Shown here piece after piece: positions 24,380-33,278 of a stretch of 64,000 nt of DNA. Source of the DNA: a bacterium (GTDB lineage Bacteria > Auribacterota > UBA3054); assembly GCA_017616555.1 (NCBI GenBank), contig JAFZXZ010000016.1, positions 24,642-88,641 on the forward strand. Direction: 5' to 3'. Every line of letters starts with the position of its first letter. Position 1 is the first letter of the stretch. The notes below the pieces were generated by a model. That model saw only the letters and a program-made list of their open reading frames with translations, was not told the origin of the DNA and did not search any database. Both the position numbers and the translations under genes were made by a program.

Positions 24380-24402
24380 TTATGATCCTTAAATTTCGTA
24401 TA

Positions 24403-24486
24403 TGGTGCGAAAGGCGGGACTCGAACCCGCACGTCATCAACACCAGAACCTAAATCTGGCGCGTCTACCAATTCCGCCACTCTCGC
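24403..24486 (-). tRNA. tRNA-Leu(UAG)
   Basis: 84-nt cloverleaf: GCGAGAG/CTTTCGC acceptor, CCAGA-TTTAGGT-TCTGG anticodon arm, long variable arm, GTTCGAG, encoded CCA. Confidence 0.97.
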
Positions 24487-24508
24487 ATTCTTTATTTCAG
24501 TATATTTC

Positions 24509-24537
24509 ATTGTAGTTTTTTCATGGTTTTTAGTCAA
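24509..24537 (-). promoter_or_regulatory. sigma70 promoter of tRNA-Leu (probably reads on into ntpB)
   Basis: TTGACT, 17 nt, TACAAT. Confidence 0.7.
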
Positions 24538-24583
24538 ATAGCAGATAGGCCGGACGCGACGGGAAGTCCGGCACATTTTTGCT

Positions 24584-24612
24584 TTGCAATTTTTCCAGCA
24601 TGGTGGTATAAT
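24584..24612 (+). promoter_or_regulatory. sigma70 promoter of the secretin operon
   Basis: TTGCAA, 17 nt, TGg-TATAAT. Confidence 0.7.
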
Positions 24613-24669
24613 GAAAAGATAATTAGATTAATATGCAGAACCATACTTAAAAAAAGCAGAGGTCAGCAA

Positions 24670-27210
24670 ATGTCAAACCATTCCGGCAAGATCTTTTTCG
24701 CAGCCGCCCTCCTGACGGCCTCCTTTGTCTGGGCCATTCCGCCCGGACAGCAGGTCCCTCCGTCGCCCAGGGCCGGCACGACCGTGCAATCAGGAACGAC
24801 CCAAGCCGCTCAGCAGCAGCAGAGGGCTCAGGACAACACTCCCCAGGGTTCGATCACCGTATCGGGCACCCTGGAGAACCAGTTGCGCGCGCTGGATCCA
24901 ACCAACACTGTGGACTATAGCGAAGGCAGCTTCGTGCTTAACTTCGAGGACGTCGATATCCGCTACGTCCTGCTGCTTTTGGCCCACATTACCGGGAAGA
25001 CCATCCTCCCCGAAAGGAGCATGGCTAAAGACACCATTACGATAATCGACCCGAGGCCTTTGACAAAGAGCGAAGCCAAGAGCCTTATCTTCACGACATT
25101 GCGTTCCCGCGGTTTCACGGTCGTTGAAAACGATTATTTAATCAGAATCGCAACCGTGGCCGACGCGCCGGGCGAACCAATCAAAACGGTGCTGCCTTCC
25201 AAGGAAGAGCTTGACACCGAAGACATCATCAGAACTCAGATCGTTTACCCGAAATACGTGCCCGCCAAACAGTTGGCCGACACCATCAAGCCCTTGATGA
25301 GCAGACTGGGCGGAAGCTCCATAGTTGACGAGAACGCCAACATCTTAATGCTCTTCGACAACGGCGCCAACATCAAAAGGCTGCTTGAGATCATCGATCT
25401 TATCGATACGGAAAAAGCCGGCAGCGACATCGACATAAGGATCGTGCCGATGCAGTATGCTGATGAATACGAAATGGTCAGCAAACTTGAGCAGATCTTC
25501 AATTCGCCCGTGCTCTCAGACGAATCAGCCAGGCAGATGACTCTGCAGCGCAACGCCTCTTCGGGCACCGTCATCAATAGAGCAAACCCGCCCGCACAGC
25601 CGGCCGAAAACGCCAGCATGTCTTTGGGAAAATCTACGGCGAACGTTTCAAAAGCGACATTTATTCCCGACGACCGCCTGCACGCTGTAATAGTTATTTC
25701 CTCGCGCCAGAACTTCCCGATGATCCTGGCTTTGATACACGACCTTGACACGCCGAGCAAGAATTCCGACGAGATGTACCGCATCTATCCCTTGCAGCAC
25801 GCCAAGGCCGAGGAGATAAGCTCCACCTTGGTCGCTATGTTCGGTTCCGACTCCGTCTCAAGATCTACGTCTTCTTCCGGAAACACCTCGCAAAACCGCA
25901 ACATGTCCGGCACCCGCAACCAGACTGTCAACAGAACTTCGTCCTCGACCCGTTCAACCGGGACGAGGACGTCCAGCAGCGGCACGAGCTTCCTTTCCGG
26001 CAAAGTGAGCTTCCAGATCGACGAACCCAGCAACTCGTTGATCATCATGACTAGCCCGCAGTACCTGGACGCCGTTCTGGCCGTCGTCAAGAAACTTGAC
26101 CAGCGCACCCCCCAGGCTTACATTGAATCCATCATCGTGGAAGTGACCAGAGAGAAAGACTTCGACTTCGGTGTCGGCTGGCAAAAAGTTTTAGGAAAAG
26201 GCGAACACGTCAACCTTATCCAGGCCCTTGACACGACCATGTCCCCTGCCTTGGAATCCGGCAGGAAAGAGATCGTCCCCGCCTCCATGCAAGGCTTCAA
26301 CTACGCCTTCGGCAAATATGACAAAGCCGGAAACTTCGACCCGTACTTCACGCTGCAGACCGACGAGAAGATAAACGACATCAACATTCTTTCAACGCCG
26401 TCGATCATCGCCTCCAACAACAAGACGGCTTCGATCTCGGTCGGCCAACAGATCCCTATCGCGCGTTACAGCCGCAGCGGCAGCGACTCAAGTACGAGAG
26501 ACTACAGCTACGACTATATCGACGTCAACGTCATATTGGAAGTTACGCCCAGGATCAACCGCCACAGGGAAGTTTCCCTGGAAGTGCACGTGACCGTCAA
26601 GGAGAACGGCGGCGTGGCCTACGCCAGCGACCCGCATTCCCCGCCCATAATTCTTGACCGCGAAGCGCAGACCGAAGTCGTGGTCCAGGACAGCCACACG
26701 CTCGTTATAGGCGGCCTTATCAAGGACTCCACTCAGACGACTTTCTCAACCATCCCTGTGCTCTGCGACATTCCCCTAGTAAAATATCTCTTCCGTTCCG
26801 AAGTGAAGAGCCAGTCCAAGACCGAGCTTATGGTCTTCATCACCCCGACGGTCATTCTTGACTCCTCCGAAGAAGAAGTCCTGACCGAGGAAGTCAAGAC
26901 GAAGTTCCCGAACGCCATCCGTTTCATCAAGGATGAGACCAGAGAGAACTTGACGGACAAGATGAACTCCACCGACCGCCGCAAGACCATCATGGATGAT
27001 TGGAAAGTCTTTGAGGAACACTTCGACGACGCCGAGTACTATCTGACCGGCAAGAGCCCGAAGCAGAACGAGACTATCGAGATGTACAAGGAGTCCTATT
27101 CTCCGAAGACGTCCCCCACTTACGAGCCTCTCTTCGATTCCTCCGCCGCCAGAAGACAGAAAGCGGAAGAAGACTTCCTTGAAAAAGAACAGGAACTGCT
27201 CTCCGAATAA
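24670..27210 (+). CDS. gspD: type II secretion GspD-like secretin
   Basis: N0 LNFEDVDIR, N-domain repeats, PQAYIESIIVEV, STPSII..NN..ASISVGQQIP, LEVTPRIN, IGGLI, IPVLCDIPLVKYLF, ELMVFITP; start ATG 24670. Confidence 0.88.
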   Translation: MSNHSGKIFFAAALLTASFVWAIPPGQQVPPSPRAGTTVQSGTTQAAQQQQRAQDNTPQGSITVSGTLENQLRALDPTNTVDYSEGSFVLNFEDVDIRYVLLLLAHITGKTILPERSMAKDTITIIDPRPLTKSEAKSLIFTTLRSRGFTVVENDYLIRIATVADAPGEPIKTVLPSKEELDTEDIIRTQIVYPKYVPAKQLADTIKPLMSRLGGSSIVDENANILMLFDNGANIKRLLEIIDLIDTEKAGSDIDIRIVPMQYADEYEMVSKLEQIFNSPVLSDESARQMTLQRNASSGTVINRANPPAQPAENASMSLGKSTANVSKATFIPDDRLHAVIVISSRQNFPMILALIHDLDTPSKNSDEMYRIYPLQHAKAEEISSTLVAMFGSDSVSRSTSSSGNTSQNRNMSGTRNQTVNRTSSSTRSTGTRTSSSGTSFLSGKVSFQIDEPSNSLIIMTSPQYLDAVLAVVKKLDQRTPQAYIESIIVEVTREKDFDFGVGWQKVLGKGEHVNLIQALDTTMSPALESGRKEIVPASMQGFNYAFGKYDKAGNFDPYFTLQTDEKINDINILSTPSIIASNNKTASISVGQQIPIARYSRSGSDSSTRDYSYDYIDVNVILEVTPRINRHREVSLEVHVTVKENGGVAYASDPHSPPIILDREAQTEVVVQDSHTLVIGGLIKDSTQTTFSTIPVLCDIPLVKYLFRSEVKSQSKTELMVFITPTVILDSSEEEVLTEEVKTKFPNAIRFIKDETRENLTDKMNSTDRRKTIMDDWKVFEEHFDDAEYYLTGKSPKQNETIEMYKESYSPKTSPTYEPLFDSSAARRQKAEEDFLEKEQELLSE

Positions 27211-27230
27211 AAGTCCACTAGAGGTGACAT

Positions 27231-28244
27231 ATGCAAGATGTCTTTGATCCCGATAAGGCTCCCAAAAGCCAGGGTAAAAACGCTTTTGTCGTCAAAAACA
27301 TTCTGCCGTACTTGAATTCGGCTCTCATTCTCGTCATCCTCATCATCATCATTTTCAGCTTGAGGGACAAGAAAGAGCCTGTCCTGCAGACGCCGACGAG
27401 CGACGTACCGCTTACCGTGGCGGTCCAGTCGCTGAACGACCGAATGGAAGTCGTCGATAAATCGCTGGAAGCAGTGAGAGAAGAGATCCAGGGGCTGGCC
27501 CAGGATCAGTTCCAGGCTCAGGCTGCCAAAGAGACTGAAGTTGACGAAGCGCTGGGATCTGCTGATGAGAACAAAGTCATCACCCCGCAGATGGGCTCGA
27601 AACTTATCGCATCCTCGAAACCTGTTTCCCTTTCCAAGGATCAGCTTGATCAATTCGACGATCTGATCAACAACGATTCCGACTCGGGAGCCAATGTCGA
27701 ATCTTTCCTCGATTCCCTCGAAAACCCTGGAGAAAAGAGCGCATACCTGAAAGTTCTTCAGAAAAAGGGCGACAACTGGTTTTCTTCCGCCCTGCGTTCG
27801 CTGAAAAACGGAGATCATGACAAAGCCGACCAGCAGCTTGGCGTAGCGAAATATTTTTACAACATCATTACGGAAAAGGGCGAAAGCTCCCTTATGACCT
27901 CGCACGTGAACGCCAAGCTCTCCCAATATGACCTGGAAGTGCAGCGTCAGGAACTGCAGCAGCAGATCAGCGCCCAGAAGAGCGACATGGAAGAGCAGCT
28001 GGCGGCCGCCACCCAGAAGGCTCAGGAAGAGACAGAAAAAGTGCGAGCTGAGCTGGAAGCCAAAACCGCCCACAAAGAGACCGCGGAGGAAGCCGCGCAG
28101 CGCCTGGAAAAAAATCGCATGCGCAACGCTGGCATCAAGGAATACCAAGGGACGCACCCCAAGCACTATGAAACCGACTGGGATCCCGATCCCAGAGTCC
28201 GCGAACAGCGCGGCATAATTCAGGAAAACGAGCGCGGCGAATAA
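27231..28244 (+). CDS. hypothetical bitopic membrane protein with coiled coils
   Basis: one N-terminal TM helix (SALILVILIIIIFSL), Q/E/A-rich heptad regions; tight spacing with neighbours. Confidence 0.7.
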   Translation: MQDVFDPDKAPKSQGKNAFVVKNILPYLNSALILVILIIIIFSLRDKKEPVLQTPTSDVPLTVAVQSLNDRMEVVDKSLEAVREEIQGLAQDQFQAQAAKETEVDEALGSADENKVITPQMGSKLIASSKPVSLSKDQLDQFDDLINNDSDSGANVESFLDSLENPGEKSAYLKVLQKKGDNWFSSALRSLKNGDHDKADQQLGVAKYFYNIITEKGESSLMTSHVNAKLSQYDLEVQRQELQQQISAQKSDMEEQLAAATQKAQEETEKVRAELEAKTAHKETAEEAAQRLEKNRMRNAGIKEYQGTHPKHYETDWDPDPRVREQRGIIQENERGE

Positions 28245-28262
28245 GCCGCTAAGAAGAAAAAC

Positions 28263-29696
28263 GTGAGCAAAGATTATTATTCCAATCCTTTGGTCGGCCG
28301 TTACGCCGGCGAACAGATGTCGCATCTCTTCTCGATGCAGAAACGCCTGGAAGTTTGGCGCGCGCTTTGGATAGCCTTGGCCGACGAGGAACGCAAACTC
28401 GGCCTGCCCATCACGGAAAAGCAGGTAAAAGAACTTGAGAAATACGCCACCGACATCAACTTCGACGTCGCGGAAAAATACGAAAGGGAAGTGCGCCACG
28501 ACGTCATGGCCCATGTCAAAGCCTACGGCGACCAGGCCAAGAGCGCGGCCGGCATCATCCATCTCGGCGCCACCAGCTGCTACGTCACCGACAACGCCGA
28601 CCTCATCATCTACAGGGACGCGCTGAGACTCATCTCGGACCACTTGGTTGACGTCATGAAAGCGCTTTCCGCTTTCGCGAACAAATACCGCAAGATGCCG
28701 ACTCTGGGCTTCACGCACCTACAGCCCGCGCAGCTGACGACCGTCGGCAAGCGCGCCTCTTTGTGGCTCCAGGATCTGCAGCTAGACTTTGAAAACATCC
28801 AGTTCGCCATTAAACAGCTCAGATTCCGCGGCATCAAAGGAACGACAGGGACGCAGGCCAGCTTCATGGAGCTTTTCAAAGGCGACCAGAAGAAGATCAA
28901 AAAGCTCGACCACGCCCTGGCTAAGCGCTTCGGCTTCTCCTCCTCCTACCCGGTGGGCGGACAAACTTATCCCAGGAAAGTGGACGCCGACGTTCTGCAT
29001 CCCCTAGTCACACTGGCGCTGTCCGCCTGCAAGATGACGAACGACATCAGGTATCTCCAAAGCATCGGCGAGATAGAGGAACCGTTTGGCAAAAAGCAGA
29101 TCGGCTCTTCTGCCATGGCTTACAAGAGAAACCCCATGCGCTGCGAACGCACCGCTTCCCTGTCCAGGCTGATACTCTCTTTGGCGACAAGCCCTCAGCT
29201 CATCGCCTCCACGCAGTTTTTGGAAAGGACTCTTGACGATTCCGCCAACCGCCGCATCTCCATTCCCGAAGCCTTCCTGGCCGCCGACGCCGTTCTCGCC
29301 ATTTTGAAGAACGTTTGCTCAGGATTGGTCGTCTATCCCAAGGTTATCGCTAAAAGAGTGCATGACAATCTCCCCTTCATGGCGACGGAAGCCATCATCA
29401 TGGAAGCCGTAGCCCGCGGCAAGAGCCGCCAGGATGTCCACGAAGCTATCCGCTGCAACTCCATGGAAACGGTCAAGCAAGTCCGCTCCGGCGGCGTAAA
29501 CGACCTGATTAAGCGTTTGGGCAATGACCCGGCAATCGGAATATCGGAAAAAGAGATAAGGGCTATCCTGGACCCCCTGCGCTTCACAGGACGCGCCGCC
29601 GACCAGGTCAGCGATTACCTAAAGGAAGTCATCGGCCCCATGCTGCGCCGCTACCGCCGCTACTTCCCGGCGGAGGAAGCTCAAGTCAAATATTAA
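28263..29696 (+). CDS. purB: adenylosuccinate lyase
   Basis: RHDVMAH, HLGATSC, GFTHLQPAQ, signature GSSAMAYKRNP; GTG start. Confidence 0.95.
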   Translation: MSKDYYSNPLVGRYAGEQMSHLFSMQKRLEVWRALWIALADEERKLGLPITEKQVKELEKYATDINFDVAEKYEREVRHDVMAHVKAYGDQAKSAAGIIHLGATSCYVTDNADLIIYRDALRLISDHLVDVMKALSAFANKYRKMPTLGFTHLQPAQLTTVGKRASLWLQDLQLDFENIQFAIKQLRFRGIKGTTGTQASFMELFKGDQKKIKKLDHALAKRFGFSSSYPVGGQTYPRKVDADVLHPLVTLALSACKMTNDIRYLQSIGEIEEPFGKKQIGSSAMAYKRNPMRCERTASLSRLILSLATSPQLIASTQFLERTLDDSANRRISIPEAFLAADAVLAILKNVCSGLVVYPKVIAKRVHDNLPFMATEAIIMEAVARGKSRQDVHEAIRCNSMETVKQVRSGGVNDLIKRLGNDPAIGISEKEIRAILDPLRFTGRAADQVSDYLKEVIGPMLRRYRRYFPAEEAQVKY

Positions 29697-29697
29697 G

Positions 29698-30750
29698 GTG
29701 GCCCTGCGTTTTGAAAATATCCCGGATCTGACGAACGACCCTTTCGCGGACGCGTCTGAGCAGATAAAGGATATCGAGCCGCTCTGCTTCGATAAAGGCG
29801 AAGACAATACTTTCGTGGCCTGTTTCAGGCGCTATCTTTCGGCCTGCGGAGAAAACTACCCTTACTGGCTTTTGATGGCGGCATCAGGCGCCGCTTTCCG
29901 CCTTCAGATCCACTACGCCGGCTGGCGCCTCGTCTCCCTTGACGCCGCCTGCGGCCACAATCTTCTCCCCGACCTTTACGAAACCTTCGGGCACGAACTG
30001 ATGGAGCGCTGGATCTGCGCTTCCAGGGAACGCCACGAAGCCGTCAAGTTTGAGATCCTCGATCATTTGAAGGAAGGCCGGCCTGTCATCGGATTAGGCT
30101 TAGACGGCTACGCACGCTACGGGCTCGTCACCGGGATCCGGCCGGGCGGCATCCTCATCGCGCAGGATTATTCCCTTAGCTTTTATCCTCATCCCGTTTC
30201 CGAAGAGATGGTCTGGTGCTACTTCTTGTCGCAAAAGGACAAAAAGAAGAAAGCGCCGAAGGAAAAGGATCTTTTCATCAAAGGCTTCCGGAACGCTATA
30301 AAAATGTCGCAGTTAGAAAGAGTCCACGGCTATTACCTCGGGCAGACCGCCTACGACTACTGGTACGCCACGCTCGTAAATCCCCAGCACCATGACCCCA
30401 TGAGTCAAGACTGGCGCGCCCAGGAACGCAACGAGGGCAATTACCAGCTTTTGAAAGACCTCATGCACTCTCGGGCCCAGGCCGCCAGATTCTGCCGCGA
30501 AGCCGCCATAGCCTACCCGGAATGCGAAACTTTCGCCCTGGCCTGCGCCTCCTGTTACGACGGCATAGGAGAAGAGATTCGCCCCTTCTTCGAACGCCGC
30601 ATCGTCAGGCCGGCCTCGCACATCGGGATAGGCCGTCCCTGGACGCTAAGGGAACGCAGGCTGCAAGCCAAAGCCTTAAGAAGAATAGCCGACATAGAAA
30701 TGCGCCTGCTTCCGCTTCTGGAAGCGACGCTCAACACTCTGCAAGGATAA
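29698..30750 (+). CDS. hypothetical protein, possible BtrH-N/C39-like fold
   Basis: LMAASGAAF, GRPVIGLG..YGLVTG, GQTAYDYW resemble BtrH-N-like proteins; function not assignable. Confidence 0.5.
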   Translation: MALRFENIPDLTNDPFADASEQIKDIEPLCFDKGEDNTFVACFRRYLSACGENYPYWLLMAASGAAFRLQIHYAGWRLVSLDAACGHNLLPDLYETFGHELMERWICASRERHEAVKFEILDHLKEGRPVIGLGLDGYARYGLVTGIRPGGILIAQDYSLSFYPHPVSEEMVWCYFLSQKDKKKKAPKEKDLFIKGFRNAIKMSQLERVHGYYLGQTAYDYWYATLVNPQHHDPMSQDWRAQERNEGNYQLLKDLMHSRAQAARFCREAAIAYPECETFALACASCYDGIGEEIRPFFERRIVRPASHIGIGRPWTLRERRLQAKALRRIADIEMRLLPLLEATLNTLQG

Positions 30751-30751
30751 C

Positions 30752-31726
30752 ATGCAATATCAAACCGAACTTACGATCGCAAAAGAAGCTCTGCGCAAGG
30801 CTGCGCAGCTGACGAGCGCCGTTCAGAAAAAACTCCTGGAAAAAGACGTGCTTGAAAAGGAAGACCGCTCCCCTGTCACCGTAGCGGACTTCGGCTCCCA
30901 GGCGATCGTCAATTTTGTTCTCGCCAACAATTTTCCCAACGACTTCATGATCGCGGAGGAAGGTTCAGAAGAATTGCGGAAACCTGAGAATGAAAAACTT
31001 TTCCAGCATCTGCAATCTGAAGTCCAAAAGATCGTTCCCCTTTCCGGAGAAGCGATCCTCAAATCCATCGACCACGGCAGAAGCGCTGATCCAAAATCCC
31101 TCTCACGCTTCTGGACACTGGATCCAATAGACGGCACCAAGGGCTTTTTAAGAGGCGACCATTACGCCATCGCTCTGGCGCTCATTGAAGAAGGCAAAGT
31201 AAGAGCCGCGGCCCTGGCCTGCCCCAATATGACCGCCCCCAACGGCGAAAAGGGACTCCTCTGTTTAGCATCAGAAAATCAGAAGACCGTCTTCACGTCG
31301 CTCTTCAACGACAGCCCTAACGTTGAAGCAAAGGAAGCGCTAAACAAAAATTTCGCCGACGCCGTCATCTGCGAATCCGTGGAAAGCGGCCACACTTCTC
31401 ACTCCCGCGCCGAAAAGATCAGGGATGCCCTAGCTGTCAAAGCCGAACCATACAGGATCGACAGCCAGTGCAAATACGCCGCCGTAGCCTTAGGCATGGC
31501 CGACATCTACCTTAGGCTTCCGAAAAGCTTGGAATACAAGGAAAAGATCTGGGACCACGCCGCAGGTTTTCTCATCGTGGAAAGAGCGGGCGGAACGGTC
31601 ACAGATACTCTGGGCAGAAAAGTCGATTTCTCCACTCCTCCCTTACTGGAAAACGATCTTGGCATTGTCGCTTCGCGCTCCCTTGACCACTCAAAATTAA
31701 TAGAAGCGGTAAAAGCAAGCGAGTAA
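30752..31726 (+). CDS. 3'(2'),5'-bisphosphate nucleotidase, HAL2-like
   Basis: KEDRSPVTVADF, AEE, WTLDPIDGTKGF, ESVESGH, RIDSQCKY, KIWDHAAG. Confidence 0.88.
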   Translation: MQYQTELTIAKEALRKAAQLTSAVQKKLLEKDVLEKEDRSPVTVADFGSQAIVNFVLANNFPNDFMIAEEGSEELRKPENEKLFQHLQSEVQKIVPLSGEAILKSIDHGRSADPKSLSRFWTLDPIDGTKGFLRGDHYAIALALIEEGKVRAAALACPNMTAPNGEKGLLCLASENQKTVFTSLFNDSPNVEAKEALNKNFADAVICESVESGHTSHSRAEKIRDALAVKAEPYRIDSQCKYAAVALGMADIYLRLPKSLEYKEKIWDHAAGFLIVERAGGTVTDTLGRKVDFSTPPLLENDLGIVASRSLDHSKLIEAVKASE

Positions 31727-32322
31727 TGGAAACTTATCTTACCATCAAAGAAAGTCAAGAGGCGGAACTGACGGAACAGCGTTCCCGCTTCCTCTCCTAC
31801 ATCTCCCCTGCCAAAAGCAAGGAAGAAGTGGAATCTTTCCTTGATAGGATAAGAGCCATGCATCCCCAGGCCACGCACGTGTGCTGGGCCTACAATGTCG
31901 GCGCGCCGGACAACGCCAATTCCTATTACAGCGACGACGGCGAACCTTCCGGTACGGCCGGTCAGCCGATACTGCAGAGCATCAAAAAAGAAAAACTCGA
32001 CAATGTCGTCATAGCGGTCGTCAGATATTTCGGCGGCATAAAACTGGGCGTCAGAGGCCTCATAGACACTTACCGCGCCGCCGCGCAACTGGCTGTCGAA
32101 AAATGCCAGATCATGGAAGAGAAAGCCAAAACAGAACTCCCGTTCTCCTGTTCTTACCAAGCTTATAACACGCTCCTCTACAAAGTCGAGCAAATGGAAG
32201 GCGCGATCGTTTCCCCCTCATTTGGCGAAAATATAGAAGGCCTGATCGTCATCCCCCGCACCAGAAAGCAGGAATTGGAAAACATCATAAAAGATCTCAC
32301 CGGTTATGGCGTTCCTAAATAA
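31726..32322 (+). CDS. YigZ/IMPACT family protein
   Basis: SRFLSY, ATHVCWAY, DDGEPSGTAG, VVRYFGGIKLG. Confidence 0.93.
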   Translation: METYLTIKESQEAELTEQRSRFLSYISPAKSKEEVESFLDRIRAMHPQATHVCWAYNVGAPDNANSYYSDDGEPSGTAGQPILQSIKKEKLDNVVIAVVRYFGGIKLGVRGLIDTYRAAAQLAVEKCQIMEEKAKTELPFSCSYQAYNTLLYKVEQMEGAIVSPSFGENIEGLIVIPRTRKQELENIIKDLTGYGVPK

Positions 32323-33244
32323 GTTTTTCGGAAAATTCATGGGCGCGATAGTTCTTCTGGCCGCCGTTGTCGCGCTGATTTATCCCGCCTCTTTCCTTTG
32401 GGTCCGGACTAGTTGGATCAACTATCTTTTGATGATCATCATGTTCGGCATGGGCATGACGCTGAAGCCGGAAGCTTTCCTTTTCGTCTTCAAAAGGCCT
32501 CTTGATATTTTGACCGGAACGTTGGCGCAATTCATCATCATGCCGCTTTTGGCCTACGCCATCTCAAAAGGCTTTAAGCTCGAAGCCGGATTGATGGCCG
32601 GCATGATATTGGTCGGCGCCTGCCCGGGCGGCACCGCAAGCAATGTCATAACCTACCTTGCCAGGGGCGACGTCCCTTTGTCGGTCGCCATGACCAGCGT
32701 AAATACTCTCCTCGCCCCCTTCCTGACGCCTCTCATCACTTTTCTTCTCCTTAAGACTACCGTGCATGTTGACATGACGGCCATGTTCTTCACGATCATC
32801 AAGATCGTCATCGTTCCCATAGCGCTTGGCCTAATATTGAATAAACTCTTTGAAAAAGCCTGCGAGAAAGCCTCCCAGTTTCTTCCTCTGATTTCCATAA
32901 TCTGCATAACGCTTACCGTGGCGTCCGTCGTTTCCCACAGCGCCGAAGGGATCAGGCAAACGGGAGCGCTCATTTTGTTAGCCGTCATAGCCCACAATTT
33001 GCTCGGCTTGCTCATAGGCTATCTCCTTGGAATGCTCTTAAAAATGACGACGGCAAAGAAAAGAACGCTTGCCATCGAAGTCGGCATGCAGAATTCCGGG
33101 CTTGCCGTTTCGCTTGCCAAAACATCCTTCCCCGACCTTGCCATGGCCACCGTTCCGGGAGCGATCTTTTCCGTTTGGCACAACATATCCGGAGCGTTTT
33201 TGGCAAGCGTTTTCCGAAGGTCTGGAAGCGAGGAAGACTCTTGA
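32306..33244 (+). CDS. bile acid:sodium symporter family transporter
   Basis: MFGMGMTL, CPGGTASN, IEVGMQNSGL, VWHNISG. Confidence 0.92.
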   Translation: MAFLNKFFGKFMGAIVLLAAVVALIYPASFLWVRTSWINYLLMIIMFGMGMTLKPEAFLFVFKRPLDILTGTLAQFIIMPLLAYAISKGFKLEAGLMAGMILVGACPGGTASNVITYLARGDVPLSVAMTSVNTLLAPFLTPLITFLLLKTTVHVDMTAMFFTIIKIVIVPIALGLILNKLFEKACEKASQFLPLISIICITLTVASVVSHSAEGIRQTGALILLAVIAHNLLGLLIGYLLGMLLKMTTAKKRTLAIEVGMQNSGLAVSLAKTSFPDLAMATVPGAIFSVWHNISGAFLASVFRRSGSEEDS

Positions 33245-33270
33245 ATTTCAAGTAGTTCATAGGGTATAAT
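33241..33270 (+). promoter_or_regulatory. promoter of fabF (short or no leader)
   Basis: TTGAAT, 18 nt, TATAAT ending 8 nt before the ATG. Confidence 0.55.
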
Positions 33271-33278
33271 ATAAAGAT

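Noticed and set aside
24403-24486. tRNA-Leu or tRNA-Asp as an integration site for an island
   Set aside because: No integrase and no duplicated tRNA 3' end (att-like repeat) was seen in the window.
24545-24572. GCCGGAC/GTCCGGC hairpin between divergent promoters, considered as riboswitch or SRP RNA
   Set aside because: It lacks the conserved c-di-GMP-I or 4.5S core motifs; a 7-bp stem alone is not enough.
24376-24576. 66-aa ORF over the tRNA-Leu region
   Set aside because: It overlaps the tRNA and its promoter, so it is not a plausible CDS.
24570-24582. sigma54-like GGCAC...TTGC upstream of gspD
   Set aside because: GG-to-GC spacing is 9 nt instead of the required 10, and a good sigma70 promoter is present.
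27120-28718. 532-aa minus-strand ORF spanning gspD end, hypothetical gene and purB start
   Set aside because: Shadow ORF of the plus-strand operon; the protein is F/V/L-rich antisense-type sequence with no family features.
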